Virus record (IMG/VR): IMGVR_UViG_3300030376_006003
Span: 32,001-96,000 of that record
DNA from: a virus
Lineage: Duplodnaviria > Caudoviricetes
DNA: 64,000 nt
Direction: 5' to 3' (one strand)
The translations under genes were made by a program, and so were the position numbers. Below, piece after piece: positions 1 to 9,645 of this stretch (position 1 is its first letter; every line of letters begins with the position of its first letter). The notes beneath the pieces were generated by a model. The model made no database searches and was not told the DNA's origin. It saw only the letters and a list, made by a program, of their open reading frames with translations.

Positions 1-2800
1 AAAAACCCATAACTGGTTTTTCTAACATATCTATATTATCTGAATTAAAAATACCAAAAGGATTAGCGGAGCCTGATTCATATGTCATTATAAGTTCAGA
101 ATCTACATCTGTAATATCCTTTGAGCTTAATATAGTTTCTCTAACTTTCATGATAGATTCATCTACCATATCACCTTTAGTTCTGCTTTTAATATCATAC
201 TTCTCTATATTATCAGGATCAGTAAGAGTTGCAAAATATTCTTGAAGGTTGGTTAGTCTTTCTTTCTTTTTATCATAAATAAGTTTATCTTCTCCAGATA
301 AAGTAATCTTCTCTTCACCGGTTGGAGATTTCATATTCTTTAACTCAATCTTCAATAATCTTATTTCTGATATTAACTGTCGTGTATCAGCAAGAACTCC
401 AATATCATTAGCTGCCATTTTACTAATAACAGGATTTTCAGAAAGTTCAGTATATATTTTATTAGATCTTTCTAATGCTCTTTCAAATGTGTTTCTTGTA
501 AACAAAGCCAACATCTTAGCATGGTCAAATGCTTTTGCAGAAATCACTTCATCTAAATGTTCTTTAGTTCCTTTTTTATATTGAGCTGGAGAATAAGGAT
601 TTATAATCTTATCATTAAGATCTTCATATGCTTTTTCAACATCATTCATTCTATTAAGCATACTTTGTAATCTATCTCTTGTTTTGCCTGATTTGATTTC
701 TTCTGGAGTTGCTTGCTCAAATGCTTCAGCTAAACCTTGATCATCTAACTTAAGGTAGTCTTCCATCTGACCTTTAAACTCATGCATCTTTCCTGCATGT
801 AATACTGTGTAAAGATGATGAAACTTACCTGCATCTTTTTTATCCATAAAAGACATAGCATCTTCTGCAAAAGATGAAGTAAAGAGTGACTCGTTTATTT
901 CTTTTTGAGTTAGTGCATGAATTTTATTAGGGTTAAAATATTCTTCTGGATTCTCATAAACTTCATTTAATATATCAACAGTCTCTTTAATGTATGTTTC
1001 TTTATTCTTTTTATATTCTTCAAACTTTTTAGGATCTGCCATTCTTTGATATAGTTCAGGTCCTTTTTCAAATACCATTTTTTGTGGTCCTCTTACTAAA
1101 CCACCCATTAAAAATCCTGACATAAATACCTCAAAGCCCTCATGAGACATTTGAGATCTTGTTCCTGCTAATGTAGATGCCCAAGCAGCATCCATACCGG
1201 AAGCCATTGGATCTTGATATAAATTATAATAATAGTCTTTTGCTCCTACTGCTATACCTTCTTGTGTTATTTCTTGAAAACCTTCTACAAGATTAAATCT
1301 TCCGTAGTTTAAAGCTGCACCAGCAAAAGTTTTTAAATTACCACTAAAACCTTTATTAACAAATCTTCTAAACATTGTGCTACCACCATCATAAAAAGCT
1401 TTAGCTCCATCTTTTTTCATTTGGTTGGCAGAACTTTTTAGTATTCTGCTACCAATACCCTTTTTAGTAGCTGCTAACAAAGCACCTGTTCCTTTAAATC
1501 CTCTTAACATAGTATCAAATACAAATGCATTTGAAAAATATATTACAGGAAAGTTTAACATTATTGTTTTAAAAGCTGCCTGGTCTGCTGCATTAGATAT
1601 TTCAGTTAGCTCTTCTCCTATAGGGGCACGTCCATGCTTATCTACAAACTCTGCATAGAGCTGATCTACAAGATCATTTTTAACCATTCCTCCCTCTAGC
1701 TTAGATTCAGCCATAGCAAGATTGATCATTCTCAGATCTCTATAGAATGCGCCAAATGTTTTAGCTGTTTTTGCTGCTGCTGACAAAGACTTAGCTGTAC
1801 CTTGTACTGAGCGTATTGACTTAAGAGCCTTGTAAGTATTTGGTGTTAGAGCATTACCTGCCCATCTTCCACCTTTCATCCAAAAATCTTTAGCCCAATC
1901 TAGATTTTTCATGTTAGTAAGCATCTGTCTACTTTTTTCTGCATATGCTCCTACATCAAACATTTTATCTATAGCTTTTACACCTCTTTGAGCATTGTAT
2001 GCTGATCTACTTGCAACCAAAGGAGTGGCTCCTCCAAATGTTGCCGTATTAAGAAGACCTAATGCAAGTTCTTCTACTGCTATATTAGACATTATACCTA
2101 CAGTATATCCTGAGTTTAACATAAGATTGTTAAAGAATGCACCAGTACCTTCTTGTGTTGAATTACCAATTCTCATTGCATCAGCAAATGCTTCTGCTGA
2201 TTCTGTATCTGGTCTCATATAGTCACCACTCATAAGATCACCTATAGCATTATAAGTACTTAGAAAACCTGTTCTAAATATTTTACCATACTGAGTCCAC
2301 ATTCTAGCATTTTCATCCCACCATGTTGATTGTTCATTATAAGCTAACTCATTGTTAGCATATGGATGAAATCCTATTTGATTGAATTTTGGATGATTAT
2401 AGTATCTATCAAAGTTACTACCTTTTATACTAAATCTAATTGGTTGAGCTTCATTAGGTAAATTATTACCCAGCTTATACATTACATCATCTATAACAGA
2501 TCCAAAGGCTTCCTCTCTTGCGTCATCATCTCCGGGTTTTAATCTTGGTTCAGTGCTTACAGGAAACTTTGCTACCATATTATGTAATGCTGTAGCTCTA
2601 TCTAAACCCTCAATATCAAAATTACCAAGGGGTTCTGTTCCATCTACAAGTTCGTCTTTGATTAAATCCCAATCAGCTGCTGCATCTACAGGTGTTCCCT
2701 CCATTACATCTCTTGACATAATTTGAGAATGGGGGTTTTGTTGAATATTGTCTTCTGGCATAGACATTGATTCTGTCAGATTCTGGTTTTCTTCAGCCAT
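1..2800 (-). CDS. Giant virion cargo/ejection protein, 5' part only (>933 aa, runs off the window); candidate virion RNA polymerase-region protein
   Basis: Absent from the ORF track because it is truncated. ATG at 2800 gives MAEENQNLTESMSMPEDNIQQNPH. The same frame was open wherever spot-checked (SGYTVGIMSNIAVEELALG ~2110, RFNLVEGFQEITQE ~1300, FGIFNSDNIDMLEKPVMGF at the edge). Its position after the cargo genes matches crAss-like giant genes. Confidence 0.75.
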   Translation of the reverse strand, partial: MAEENQNLTESMSMPEDNIQQNPHSQIMSRDVMEGTPVDAAADWDLIKDELVDGTEPLGNFDIEGLDRATALHNMVAKFPVSTEPRLKPGDDDAREEAFGSVIDDVMYKLGNNLPNEAQPIRFSIKGSNFDRYYNHPKFNQIGFHPYANNELAYNEQSTWWDENARMWTQYGKIFRTGFLSTYNAIGDLMSGDYMRPDTESAEAFADAMRIGNSTQEGTGAFFNNLMLNSGYTVGIMSNIAVEELALGLLNTATFGGATPLVASRSAYNAQRGVKAIDKMFDVGAYAEKSRQMLTNMKNLDWAKDFWMKGGRWAGNALTPNTYKALKSIRSVQGTAKSLSAAAKTAKTFGAFYRDLRMINLAMAESKLEGGMVKNDLVDQLYAEFVDKHGRAPIGEELTEISNAADQAAFKTIMLNFPVIYFSNAFVFDTMLRGFKGTGALLAATKKGIGSRILKSSANQMKKDGAKAFYDGGSTMFRRFVNKGFSGNLKTFAGAALNYGRFNLVEGFQEITQEGIAVGAKDYYYNLYQDPMASGMDAAWASTLAGTRSQMSHEGFEVFMSGFLMGGLVRGPQKMVFEKGPELYQRMADPKKFEEYKKNKETYIKETVDILNEVYENPEEYFNPNKIHALTQKEINESLFTSSFAEDAMSFMDKKDAGKFHHLYTVLHAGKMHEFKGQMEDYLKLDDQGLAEAFEQATPEEIKSGKTRDRLQSMLNRMNDVEKAYEDLNDKIINPYSPAQYKKGTKEHLDEVISAKAFDHAKMLALFTRNTFERALERSNKIYTELSENPVISKMAANDIGVLADTRQLISEIRLLKIELKNMKSPTGEEKITLSGEDKLIYDKKKERLTNLQEYFATLTDPDNIEKYDIKSRTKGDMVDESIMKVRETILSSKDITDVDSELIMTYESGSANPFGIFNSDNIDMLEKPVMGF

Positions 2801-2808
2801 ATTATTTG

Positions 2809-5800
2809 TTATTGAGAATTATCACTCTTATCTTCAGTCTGCTCTGCTTTATGAGCATTAGCTGCATCAGTATTAGTTTTTATGTTTGCCCTTAGTCTTC
2901 TATCATATTCATTATATATTTCATCAATAGCAAGTCCTGATGGTGGTAATATTTTTGGTTCTGAGTATGGGCCTTTTACTAAAGATCCTCCATTAACATT
3001 CTTATCATAGTATATTTTAGATTCTTTAACCATCATCTGACCGTTGCTATCTTTAAAAAATATTACTCTTCCTCCTTCATTATCAATAGTTCTTACTTTA
3101 TTGAGATTAATAAAGAATTCTGTTTCTGATACATAAGTATTTTGTACACTATTAGGGTTTTGTGATGCCAGGTCTCTAGGTGCAAAAATTGTTATAGCAT
3201 TACCCGGTAGAGCACTAGCTGGAACAAGCTTGTTGTTTTTAGTGTCGCTTGATGATTTTTTTGTAGAAGCATAATCACTATTTAAAGTGATAACCCAACC
3301 TCCATGTTTACCTCCTCCTTCTTCACCACCTATAACTTCAGCCCATCTTATGTTTATATTTGGTTCTTTACCTTTACCGAATGACTTAGGGTCTCTCTTA
3401 AGATCTTTAAATATTTCTTTTAGTACAATCATAGCATCTGGATTAGTTACTGCATCATATGAAGCAGATGCATCACCAGCAACTACTGAATAGTTCATTG
3501 AAGGAGTTGTTAATAATTGATTAATTAAAGCTAATTGAGCATTGGCTTTTTCATTTACTTGACCAGTTATATAGTCTGAATCATAAAAATTAAACAATGT
3601 TCCTCCTGCTCCTGTTTGTTGTTGATTTGTTATATAAGATGCAAAGTTAAAGTTCAGTGTACCAGCTGGTGCATTTGCTCCTCCCATCACTTTATTCATC
3701 TTATCTTTTACTTTTACAAATACAGATTGAGCATCATCTTTACCTATAAATTCATCATAGATGTTTTTAAAATGTCTTTTAGCTACAAAGTTAATATCAG
3801 ATTGTCTCCCTGTTTTATCTCCTGGTGCATTGGCAAGCCTATGATCTCCATAAGTACCATTCCAAGGATATATTGCATCAAATAATGCGTCTACATCTTG
3901 AAACCCAAAATTATCAGCTATTTCTTGATATTTATTTTTAACATCATTACCTGCTTGTTCTTTATAAAAAGGTAAGTCATTCATTGCTTCAGTATACCAA
4001 TTTACAAAATCAGTATTCATTTTACCTACTATTGCATCAGGATCTTGAATTACACCTCTAGTGTTAAATAAAGGATATGCTTCCATCATTTTATATTCAA
4101 CAGTATTTATATCTCCTTTAGAAAGCAAGAGATCCACCACATTCCTATATACATCTCTTTGTTTTTCCCAACCTGCTAATAACTTAACAGATTCACCATC
4201 TATCTTTCTTTTATTATTATGTAAAATTTCATAAAGAGCAGGGTTATCTTTTTGTAGACTAGGTCCAGTATCTATACCTTGATAGATAGCATCTACTTTA
4301 TCAAACTGAGCTTTTAATTCTAGTTTATTTTCAGGATTTGTATAATATTCTTTTGCTTCCGCCCATGTCATAAACTCTCCATTAACTTTCATTCCCTCTG
4401 TAGAGTATGTATTATCATCATCACTTAGATCTTGAGCTTTCACCTGATAATATCTTTCAATAGAGTTCCATCTCAAATCTCTTATCTCATTTATTTTATT
4501 GTTTGATGTTGTTGCATTTTCAGCTATAATATCTATTATTTCATCATCATCTGGATAAGAACCTGAAGTTGAATTTGCATCTCCTGCCACTACCTGTTGA
4601 GATCCACCAGCTCCTCCAAATATTTGCTGTTGGTTAGTGTTAGAAGGATTTCCGCCAGTTTCTGCCCAAGGCATTGGTATCAACTGACCATCTTCACCAA
4701 TCATGTAACCTTTCTCAAATGCTGTTTGTATTCTTTTATTAGCAGCTTCTTGCTCTTCCATTCTCTGGTTTAGTATATGCTGATGATTTTGTAATGCAAA
4801 CTTATCAGCTTCAATAGTTCTTTCTGAATTTATGTCTGCATAAAACTTAGCTGCTTCTCTTGTGTCTGCATCAATATTATATTGCATAAAAGCATTTGTA
4901 GCTTTCATACGTAGATCATTAAGATCACCTTTTGATTCTGCTGTAATTACACTATGTTTCTTATCAAAAAGTTTTCTACCATTTGCTAGAGCAATATATT
5001 CATTGTATGCTTGTGCATATTTTTTATGTTCTTCTGATCCTAACACAGGTGTGCCGTGTTTTGCTTTATATGCTTCCCAATTATTTTTTGCTTCTAGTGC
5101 TGATGTTAACTCAGCTTCTTTTTTATCATTTTCTTCACTGTGTTTTACATTATAGTCTGACAACATCTGCTCATAGAATACTCTTTCAGCTGCATCCTTA
5201 CCTCCATACTTTTCTGCATTTTCTTCATAAAACTGCCTAGCTTTAACATAAAACTTAGTTTGATAAAATCTTTGAACTCTAGGATCATCTAGTGTAGTTT
5301 GTAATATGTATTCTTGTGCAGGATTTGTGTAGATGATATTATCATCTTTATCTTTACCCACAGCTCTTCTAGTTAATAAAGTACCATTTCTTTGTGTTAT
5401 CTGATAATGCCCATCTTTAGACATTGATACATCAGTAACATCCATACCTAAATCTTTTAATTTTGCAATACCAATTTCAACAAGATTTACATGTTCTACA
5501 GCTTCTGGTAATTGTACTTGCATTGATCCTTCTCTAGTTGCATTTTGAAAATCTGCCATGCTATAGTTAAGAGCTTGTACACCACCGTCCCAATATTTTT
5601 TTCTAGTTTCTTCATCTTCACTACCCTTCCAACCTTGAAACCTTTGTTGTTCTGTTTTAAATCTTTTAGTAAATACAATATCTCTAACTATTTTTTCATC
5701 TTCAAAGAATGGTGTAAATAATGCCTTTGCAGAATCTACATTTTGTGCTAATGAAAAATCTACACCAGATATTTGCTGCAGTTTTGGAGCAAGTTCTTGA

Positions 5801-6003
5801 GCATATACATCTCTGATGTTCATATTATCTTCTCTGCTTAAATCTGCATGGACAACACTACCATATAGATTATTCATCTTCTTATAGTTAGTATCATATC
5901 TATCTTGCCTTTTTGCTAAGGCATCAGATAAAAACTTAAAGTCAGGAGTAAAGGACTCTGTCTTTGATACATATTTATTTACATTTGGTAGGTACGTTGC
6001 CAT
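2809..6003 (-). CDS. Large virion cargo/ejection protein (1064 aa)
   Basis: Long helical, hydrophilic ORF in the cargo cluster, downstream of the muzzle gene and upstream of the giant ORF. Confidence 0.6.
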   Translation of the reverse strand: MATYLPNVNKYVSKTESFTPDFKFLSDALAKRQDRYDTNYKKMNNLYGSVVHADLSREDNMNIRDVYAQELAPKLQQISGVDFSLAQNVDSAKALFTPFFEDEKIVRDIVFTKRFKTEQQRFQGWKGSEDEETRKKYWDGGVQALNYSMADFQNATREGSMQVQLPEAVEHVNLVEIGIAKLKDLGMDVTDVSMSKDGHYQITQRNGTLLTRRAVGKDKDDNIIYTNPAQEYILQTTLDDPRVQRFYQTKFYVKARQFYEENAEKYGGKDAAERVFYEQMLSDYNVKHSEENDKKEAELTSALEAKNNWEAYKAKHGTPVLGSEEHKKYAQAYNEYIALANGRKLFDKKHSVITAESKGDLNDLRMKATNAFMQYNIDADTREAAKFYADINSERTIEADKFALQNHQHILNQRMEEQEAANKRIQTAFEKGYMIGEDGQLIPMPWAETGGNPSNTNQQQIFGGAGGSQQVVAGDANSTSGSYPDDDEIIDIIAENATTSNNKINEIRDLRWNSIERYYQVKAQDLSDDDNTYSTEGMKVNGEFMTWAEAKEYYTNPENKLELKAQFDKVDAIYQGIDTGPSLQKDNPALYEILHNNKRKIDGESVKLLAGWEKQRDVYRNVVDLLLSKGDINTVEYKMMEAYPLFNTRGVIQDPDAIVGKMNTDFVNWYTEAMNDLPFYKEQAGNDVKNKYQEIADNFGFQDVDALFDAIYPWNGTYGDHRLANAPGDKTGRQSDINFVAKRHFKNIYDEFIGKDDAQSVFVKVKDKMNKVMGGANAPAGTLNFNFASYITNQQQTGAGGTLFNFYDSDYITGQVNEKANAQLALINQLLTTPSMNYSVVAGDASASYDAVTNPDAMIVLKEIFKDLKRDPKSFGKGKEPNINIRWAEVIGGEEGGGKHGGWVITLNSDYASTKKSSSDTKNNKLVPASALPGNAITIFAPRDLASQNPNSVQNTYVSETEFFINLNKVRTIDNEGGRVIFFKDSNGQMMVKESKIYYDKNVNGGSLVKGPYSEPKILPPSGLAIDEIYNEYDRRLRANIKTNTDAANAHKAEQTEDKSDNSQ

Positions 6004-6007
6004 ATTA

Positions 6008-6015
6008 CAAAAATA
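6008..6015 (-). promoter_or_regulatory. Bacteroidota-type -7 promoter element TAnnTTTG (TATTTTTG)
   Basis: Minus strand reads TATTTTTG-TAAT-ATG, directly before the 6003 start. Confidence 0.5.
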
Positions 6016-6062
6016 CTAAATTTTATTTATTTATTAGGTTATTATATCTAAACTTTTAGAGT

Positions 6063-9000
6063 TTATGAATAACCTAATATCCATTTTCTTAATTTACTTT
6101 TACTTCTTAAAAGATCTGTTTGTCTTTTTTTCATACGTTTTGTTTCTAATCCATGTCTTGCAGTATCATCTTTATTTTTATCTGAAGGTCTACTAACATC
6201 TACACCACTGCTTGTTCCTGGATCATTTTTCTTTCCGTACATTTTTTCATAGTAGATCTTAGCAAAATCTGGGTTTTGAGCATGTAAATACTCATAGTTA
6301 GCTAACTCTTGATCTAAAGGATTAGTAGATGAAACTTTACCATCAAAATCTCTAGCATTATAATATTCAATATTATGTGCTTGCGGACTATACCAGAACT
6401 GTGGATTTTCTAAGTTTCTTATATATAGTTCATCCGCATTAGTCATTTGATCATTAAAAGCATTTACTAAGTTATCTGTTAGTTCCATTTTTGCTACATT
6501 ATAGTTTTCTTTGGCTGCATTGCTGTCATCCATGTATGTTTTAAAGTTGTTAGCAGCCTGTTCACCAGCCTCATTAATAAGAGGGATGTTAATATTTTGA
6601 GCGTTATTATATATCTTAGTATTAAGAGCTTCATGTTTATTAATAATTTTTTCACTTGCATCTTGCACTGCTCCCATAATTGAACTTGCTTGATCAGGAT
6701 TTGCTCTCATTGCTGCAGCTGCTGATGCTTCTACAGATGCCAGCTCTTGTCTAGGATCCACATACATAGGGTTTACTAACACAGGATCAAGTGTAGGTTC
6801 CATAACTGGATTTATTTGTTCTAGTCCTGCTAATTGTGCAGATTTAGTTGCAACAAGAAGATCATCTTGAGGGAATGTTTCATACTCAGGATACTTAGGT
6901 GTTGTCCAATCTCCTGTTACTGGTGCACAATCACAACTTGCCTGATCAAATCTTTGTCCTTTTTCTAAACACTCTTTCATTTTTTCATTTCTCACTTCTT
7001 CAGGGCAAGGAATGTCTTGATCTATTGTTGTTGTAGATGTATTTGTTTTATTGTCTGCTCTGTAGAATTGTCCACCCGTTGTGTGACCTAACTTTCCATC
7101 TACAAATGATACAGGGTTTCCTTCTGCATCTACCATTTTATTATCACCTACTTTCTCATCAGTCCATGTTTTGTTCTTTTTCATGGCTGCAATATCCTTC
7201 TTGGTATAAACATGATGTCCTCCCATTGGTGTTGTTACAATTTGGTCAAGTAGTCCTGATTCATCTTCTAATTTAGCATTATTTAATGAAGTATACATTC
7301 CTTGGAATATTTTAACTTCCTCTTCAGTAGGTGCTGTATCACCCCAACCATATTTTTTTGCTGCAGCATCATCTGGTGCACCATTAGCATCAAACTTATG
7401 ACCAGCACTATGTGCTGTAGATAAAAATTGATTCATTTTGTTAAAGATCATAAATAACTCAGCGTCACTTTTACCTTGAATCCAATTATTTTTACCATCT
7501 TTATTTTTTGCAGCTGCTTCTCTATATTTTTGTATCCAAAGTTTTCTTGGTGGATCAAAATCTTTACTAGCCATTACATCAAATGCGTCTGCATGAGAAC
7601 TTTGACCAGAGCTAAAATCAGGATTATATGTTTCAAAAGCAGGCTCACTAGATCCAATAATAGGCATTCCATATTCGTCAGTACCTTGATACCCCCAGGC
7701 CTCTGATCCTTGTAACGTAGAGGGATCAAACTCACCTGTATCTTGAAATCTTGGTAGTTCTTTTCCGTATTTTGCTACTGAAGGATTTTGTGGTGCTCCT
7801 TGTGGTGGCATTGATGGATCAGCAAAAGGATCAATTTGTAAACTATCTTGTATCATTTTTGCTTCTATAGATTGAGTTTGTATATCAATCTCATTTAGCT
7901 GTTGTTCCATTACCTGAATAGATGCTTGAATCTCATAAGCTTTTTCAGGATCTTCAAGAATGTTTGGATTCTCAGAAATAAAAGATTTAGTTTGTTCATA
8001 CTCTGTTATTAACTGTTTTCTGTACTTCAATATATTCTGAAGTGCTATCTGTGAATCACTTAACCGTCCTTGTTGTGCTGCTTGGTTTATTGCTAAACTT
8101 CCACCATCAGTAAATTGTTTAAGAGAGTCTGCTTTGAAAGGAGATATTGGTCCTGATCCCAATGACATACTTTCACCATAAGATTTAGGGTTTAATGGTA
8201 TTGATGTGGTCATTCCTGATTTAGGATCATAAATTACCTTGTTTGGATTTATATCTTTTTCATCTGATCTAAATATATTACCTATTCTTGTCCCAATATT
8301 TCCAAGAAAATTTCTATTATTAACTTTTGCAGACTCTTGACAATCACATATAGCTTCATTAAATTGTAACCCTTTAGTAACACATTCTTTCATTTTTTCT
8401 CGTGCATTAGGACACTCAATTCCTGGACCTGATTCTGCTGCCATTATTTCTCCTTTAATTTGGTACCCTGGTAATCCAAGAGGATTTTGATCTCTTACAT
8501 ATCCTTCAGGAACTCCCATTTTAGGGACCATTGGTTGACCAGTCATAGGGGATGTTTCCGCACCATATTGAGCTCCAGGTCTAAAAAGAGCTGTTGGTCT
8601 TGGTGGATTATTCAATACATTATCTCTCCAACTAGGAGAACCTGGTATTTGAGACTCGTCAACTAATTCTGGTATTATTTGCTCTAATGAAGGATTTGGT
8701 TGCTCTTTTCTTTTTTCATGCTCTATTTCTCCTTTAGTTTGATAACTTGGTAACTCAATACCATGTTGAGCTCCAGCAAACATTTTACCCATGCTCATCA
8801 TATTACCTACATCTTCTTTTAGCTTTTCATCTTTGTTTTTCATGAAAGGGTTTGCATATTTTAATCCTGCCATACCAAACATTGCTTGTGGTAACTCAGT
8901 ACCATATTTACCCATTGGAGGCATACCTCCTTGCGGTGGTCCTGTAAATTCTTGCAGTCCCCCTTGATTTTGCATAGCCATATATTCTTCATGCGTTGCT

Positions 9001-9641
9001 CCAGGATGAACTGTACCATCAGGCATAGTATGTGTTGGTCCTTGTTGATTGTTTTGTTCTTGTATTTTAGCTTCTAACTCCTGTGGATTAACACCACTTT
9101 CTATAAGAAAAGGATAAGCTGCTAATGGTAATCCATCAGAGAAATTCTTCTTACTCTCTTGTATAAATGCAAGTTGAGATAACTTGATCTTATTTTTGTT
9201 AATCATATCTTCAGCAGTTGCTATAGATATTTTGTCTGAAGTCTCATCTTCTATTATTTCAATATACTTATTTAAAGGGAAATTTTTAGATGCTTTTGCA
9301 GGAGTCATCTTCTTCTTAGATGTTATACCTAATAATTTAAGCTCATCTAAAGTAAGATTCATTTTTCTTGTATCAGAGTATATAAAACTTTGTTCAGGTA
9401 AATTTAAAGGAGTACCGCCATTACTGTGTCTATTACCTCCTATATTATATAGCTCAAATGAACCATCATTAGTAAGATCAGTTAATGCTGTCTCACCTTT
9501 TTCTGCTTCTAGATTAGCTTCATCTCTATTCATTGGTCCTAATGTATTATTTATAGCACCTCCTGCTTTCATTGTTTTTACAATAGTACCATTTACATAT
9601 TTAAAACCTTCTGGTAACTTTCCGTTTATTTTTATTTTCAT
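6063..9641 (-). CDS. Virion cargo protein (1192 aa) with repeated di-glycine-type motifs, an HTMPDG motif and two Cys-rich repeats
   Basis: N-terminal domain with EAEKGE...GNRHSNGG, low-complexity Q/P/G/M linkers, eight motif copies; located in the cargo cluster. Confidence 0.6.
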   Translation of the reverse strand: MKIKINGKLPEGFKYVNGTIVKTMKAGGAINNTLGPMNRDEANLEAEKGETALTDLTNDGSFELYNIGGNRHSNGGTPLNLPEQSFIYSDTRKMNLTLDELKLLGITSKKKMTPAKASKNFPLNKYIEIIEDETSDKISIATAEDMINKNKIKLSQLAFIQESKKNFSDGLPLAAYPFLIESGVNPQELEAKIQEQNNQQGPTHTMPDGTVHPGATHEEYMAMQNQGGLQEFTGPPQGGMPPMGKYGTELPQAMFGMAGLKYANPFMKNKDEKLKEDVGNMMSMGKMFAGAQHGIELPSYQTKGEIEHEKRKEQPNPSLEQIIPELVDESQIPGSPSWRDNVLNNPPRPTALFRPGAQYGAETSPMTGQPMVPKMGVPEGYVRDQNPLGLPGYQIKGEIMAAESGPGIECPNAREKMKECVTKGLQFNEAICDCQESAKVNNRNFLGNIGTRIGNIFRSDEKDINPNKVIYDPKSGMTTSIPLNPKSYGESMSLGSGPISPFKADSLKQFTDGGSLAINQAAQQGRLSDSQIALQNILKYRKQLITEYEQTKSFISENPNILEDPEKAYEIQASIQVMEQQLNEIDIQTQSIEAKMIQDSLQIDPFADPSMPPQGAPQNPSVAKYGKELPRFQDTGEFDPSTLQGSEAWGYQGTDEYGMPIIGSSEPAFETYNPDFSSGQSSHADAFDVMASKDFDPPRKLWIQKYREAAAKNKDGKNNWIQGKSDAELFMIFNKMNQFLSTAHSAGHKFDANGAPDDAAAKKYGWGDTAPTEEEVKIFQGMYTSLNNAKLEDESGLLDQIVTTPMGGHHVYTKKDIAAMKKNKTWTDEKVGDNKMVDAEGNPVSFVDGKLGHTTGGQFYRADNKTNTSTTTIDQDIPCPEEVRNEKMKECLEKGQRFDQASCDCAPVTGDWTTPKYPEYETFPQDDLLVATKSAQLAGLEQINPVMEPTLDPVLVNPMYVDPRQELASVEASAAAAMRANPDQASSIMGAVQDASEKIINKHEALNTKIYNNAQNINIPLINEAGEQAANNFKTYMDDSNAAKENYNVAKMELTDNLVNAFNDQMTNADELYIRNLENPQFWYSPQAHNIEYYNARDFDGKVSSTNPLDQELANYEYLHAQNPDFAKIYYEKMYGKKNDPGTSSGVDVSRPSDKNKDDTARHGLETKRMKKRQTDLLRSKSKLRKWILGYS

Positions 9642-9645
9642 AATA

